The notes under the pieces are model-generated. The model was not told the origin of the DNA. It searched no databases and saw only the letters and a list, made by a program, of their open reading frames with translations. The position numbers and the translations under genes were made by a program. A DNA stretch of 64,000 bases from Octopus sinensis (taxonomy: Eukaryota): contig NC_043006.1 of NCBI RefSeq assembly GCF_006345805.1, forward strand, positions 20,770,001 through 20,834,000. The letters are read 5' to 3'. Shown here one piece after another: positions 63,840-64,000 of this stretch. The stretch's first letter is position 1, and each line of letters opens with the position of its first letter.

Positions 63840-64000
63840 TTTTATATAAAATTATAAAGAATTATTGTAACAATAATAATGATTTCAAATTTTGCCACAA
63901 GGGCAGCAATTTTTGGAGAGGGGACTAGTTGATTACATCGACACCAGTGTTTAACTGGTACTTATTTTATCAATCCTGAAAGGACGTAAGGTAAAGTTCG

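Overview
AT-rich, repeat-dense animal genomic DNA; the repeat families suggest an octopus or other coleoid cephalopod (inference, not database-checked). The host gene is on the minus strand and is almost invisible in the ORF track. I traced 18 GT-AG exons (56556 down to 2411) whose splice phases chain into one open 732-codon frame. The product carries CSPP1 hallmark motifs ([61 protein letters not shown]). Both gene ends appear to lie outside the window. The introns are filled with mobile DNA: two decayed RTE LINEs with about 20 5'-truncated copies of their hairpin-array 3' UTR, a young Tx1-like LINE, CR1 and R4/Dong fragments, a full-length decayed mariner, hAT- and Merlin-like MITEs, two non-autonomous Helitron-like families, several tRNA-derived SINE families, foldbacks and microsatellite-bounded tandem duplications. 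The most striking unexplained signal is three unrelated short intronic elements that each fold into the minimal hammerhead ribozyme architecture known from Penelope-like retroelements. Each has a palindromic helix III and one extra nucleotide after A9, two have non-canonical cores (G3-C8 swap; U6), and two occur as inverted pairs. No computation or searches were run. Repeat boundaries are approximate unless defined by a TSD or TIR.
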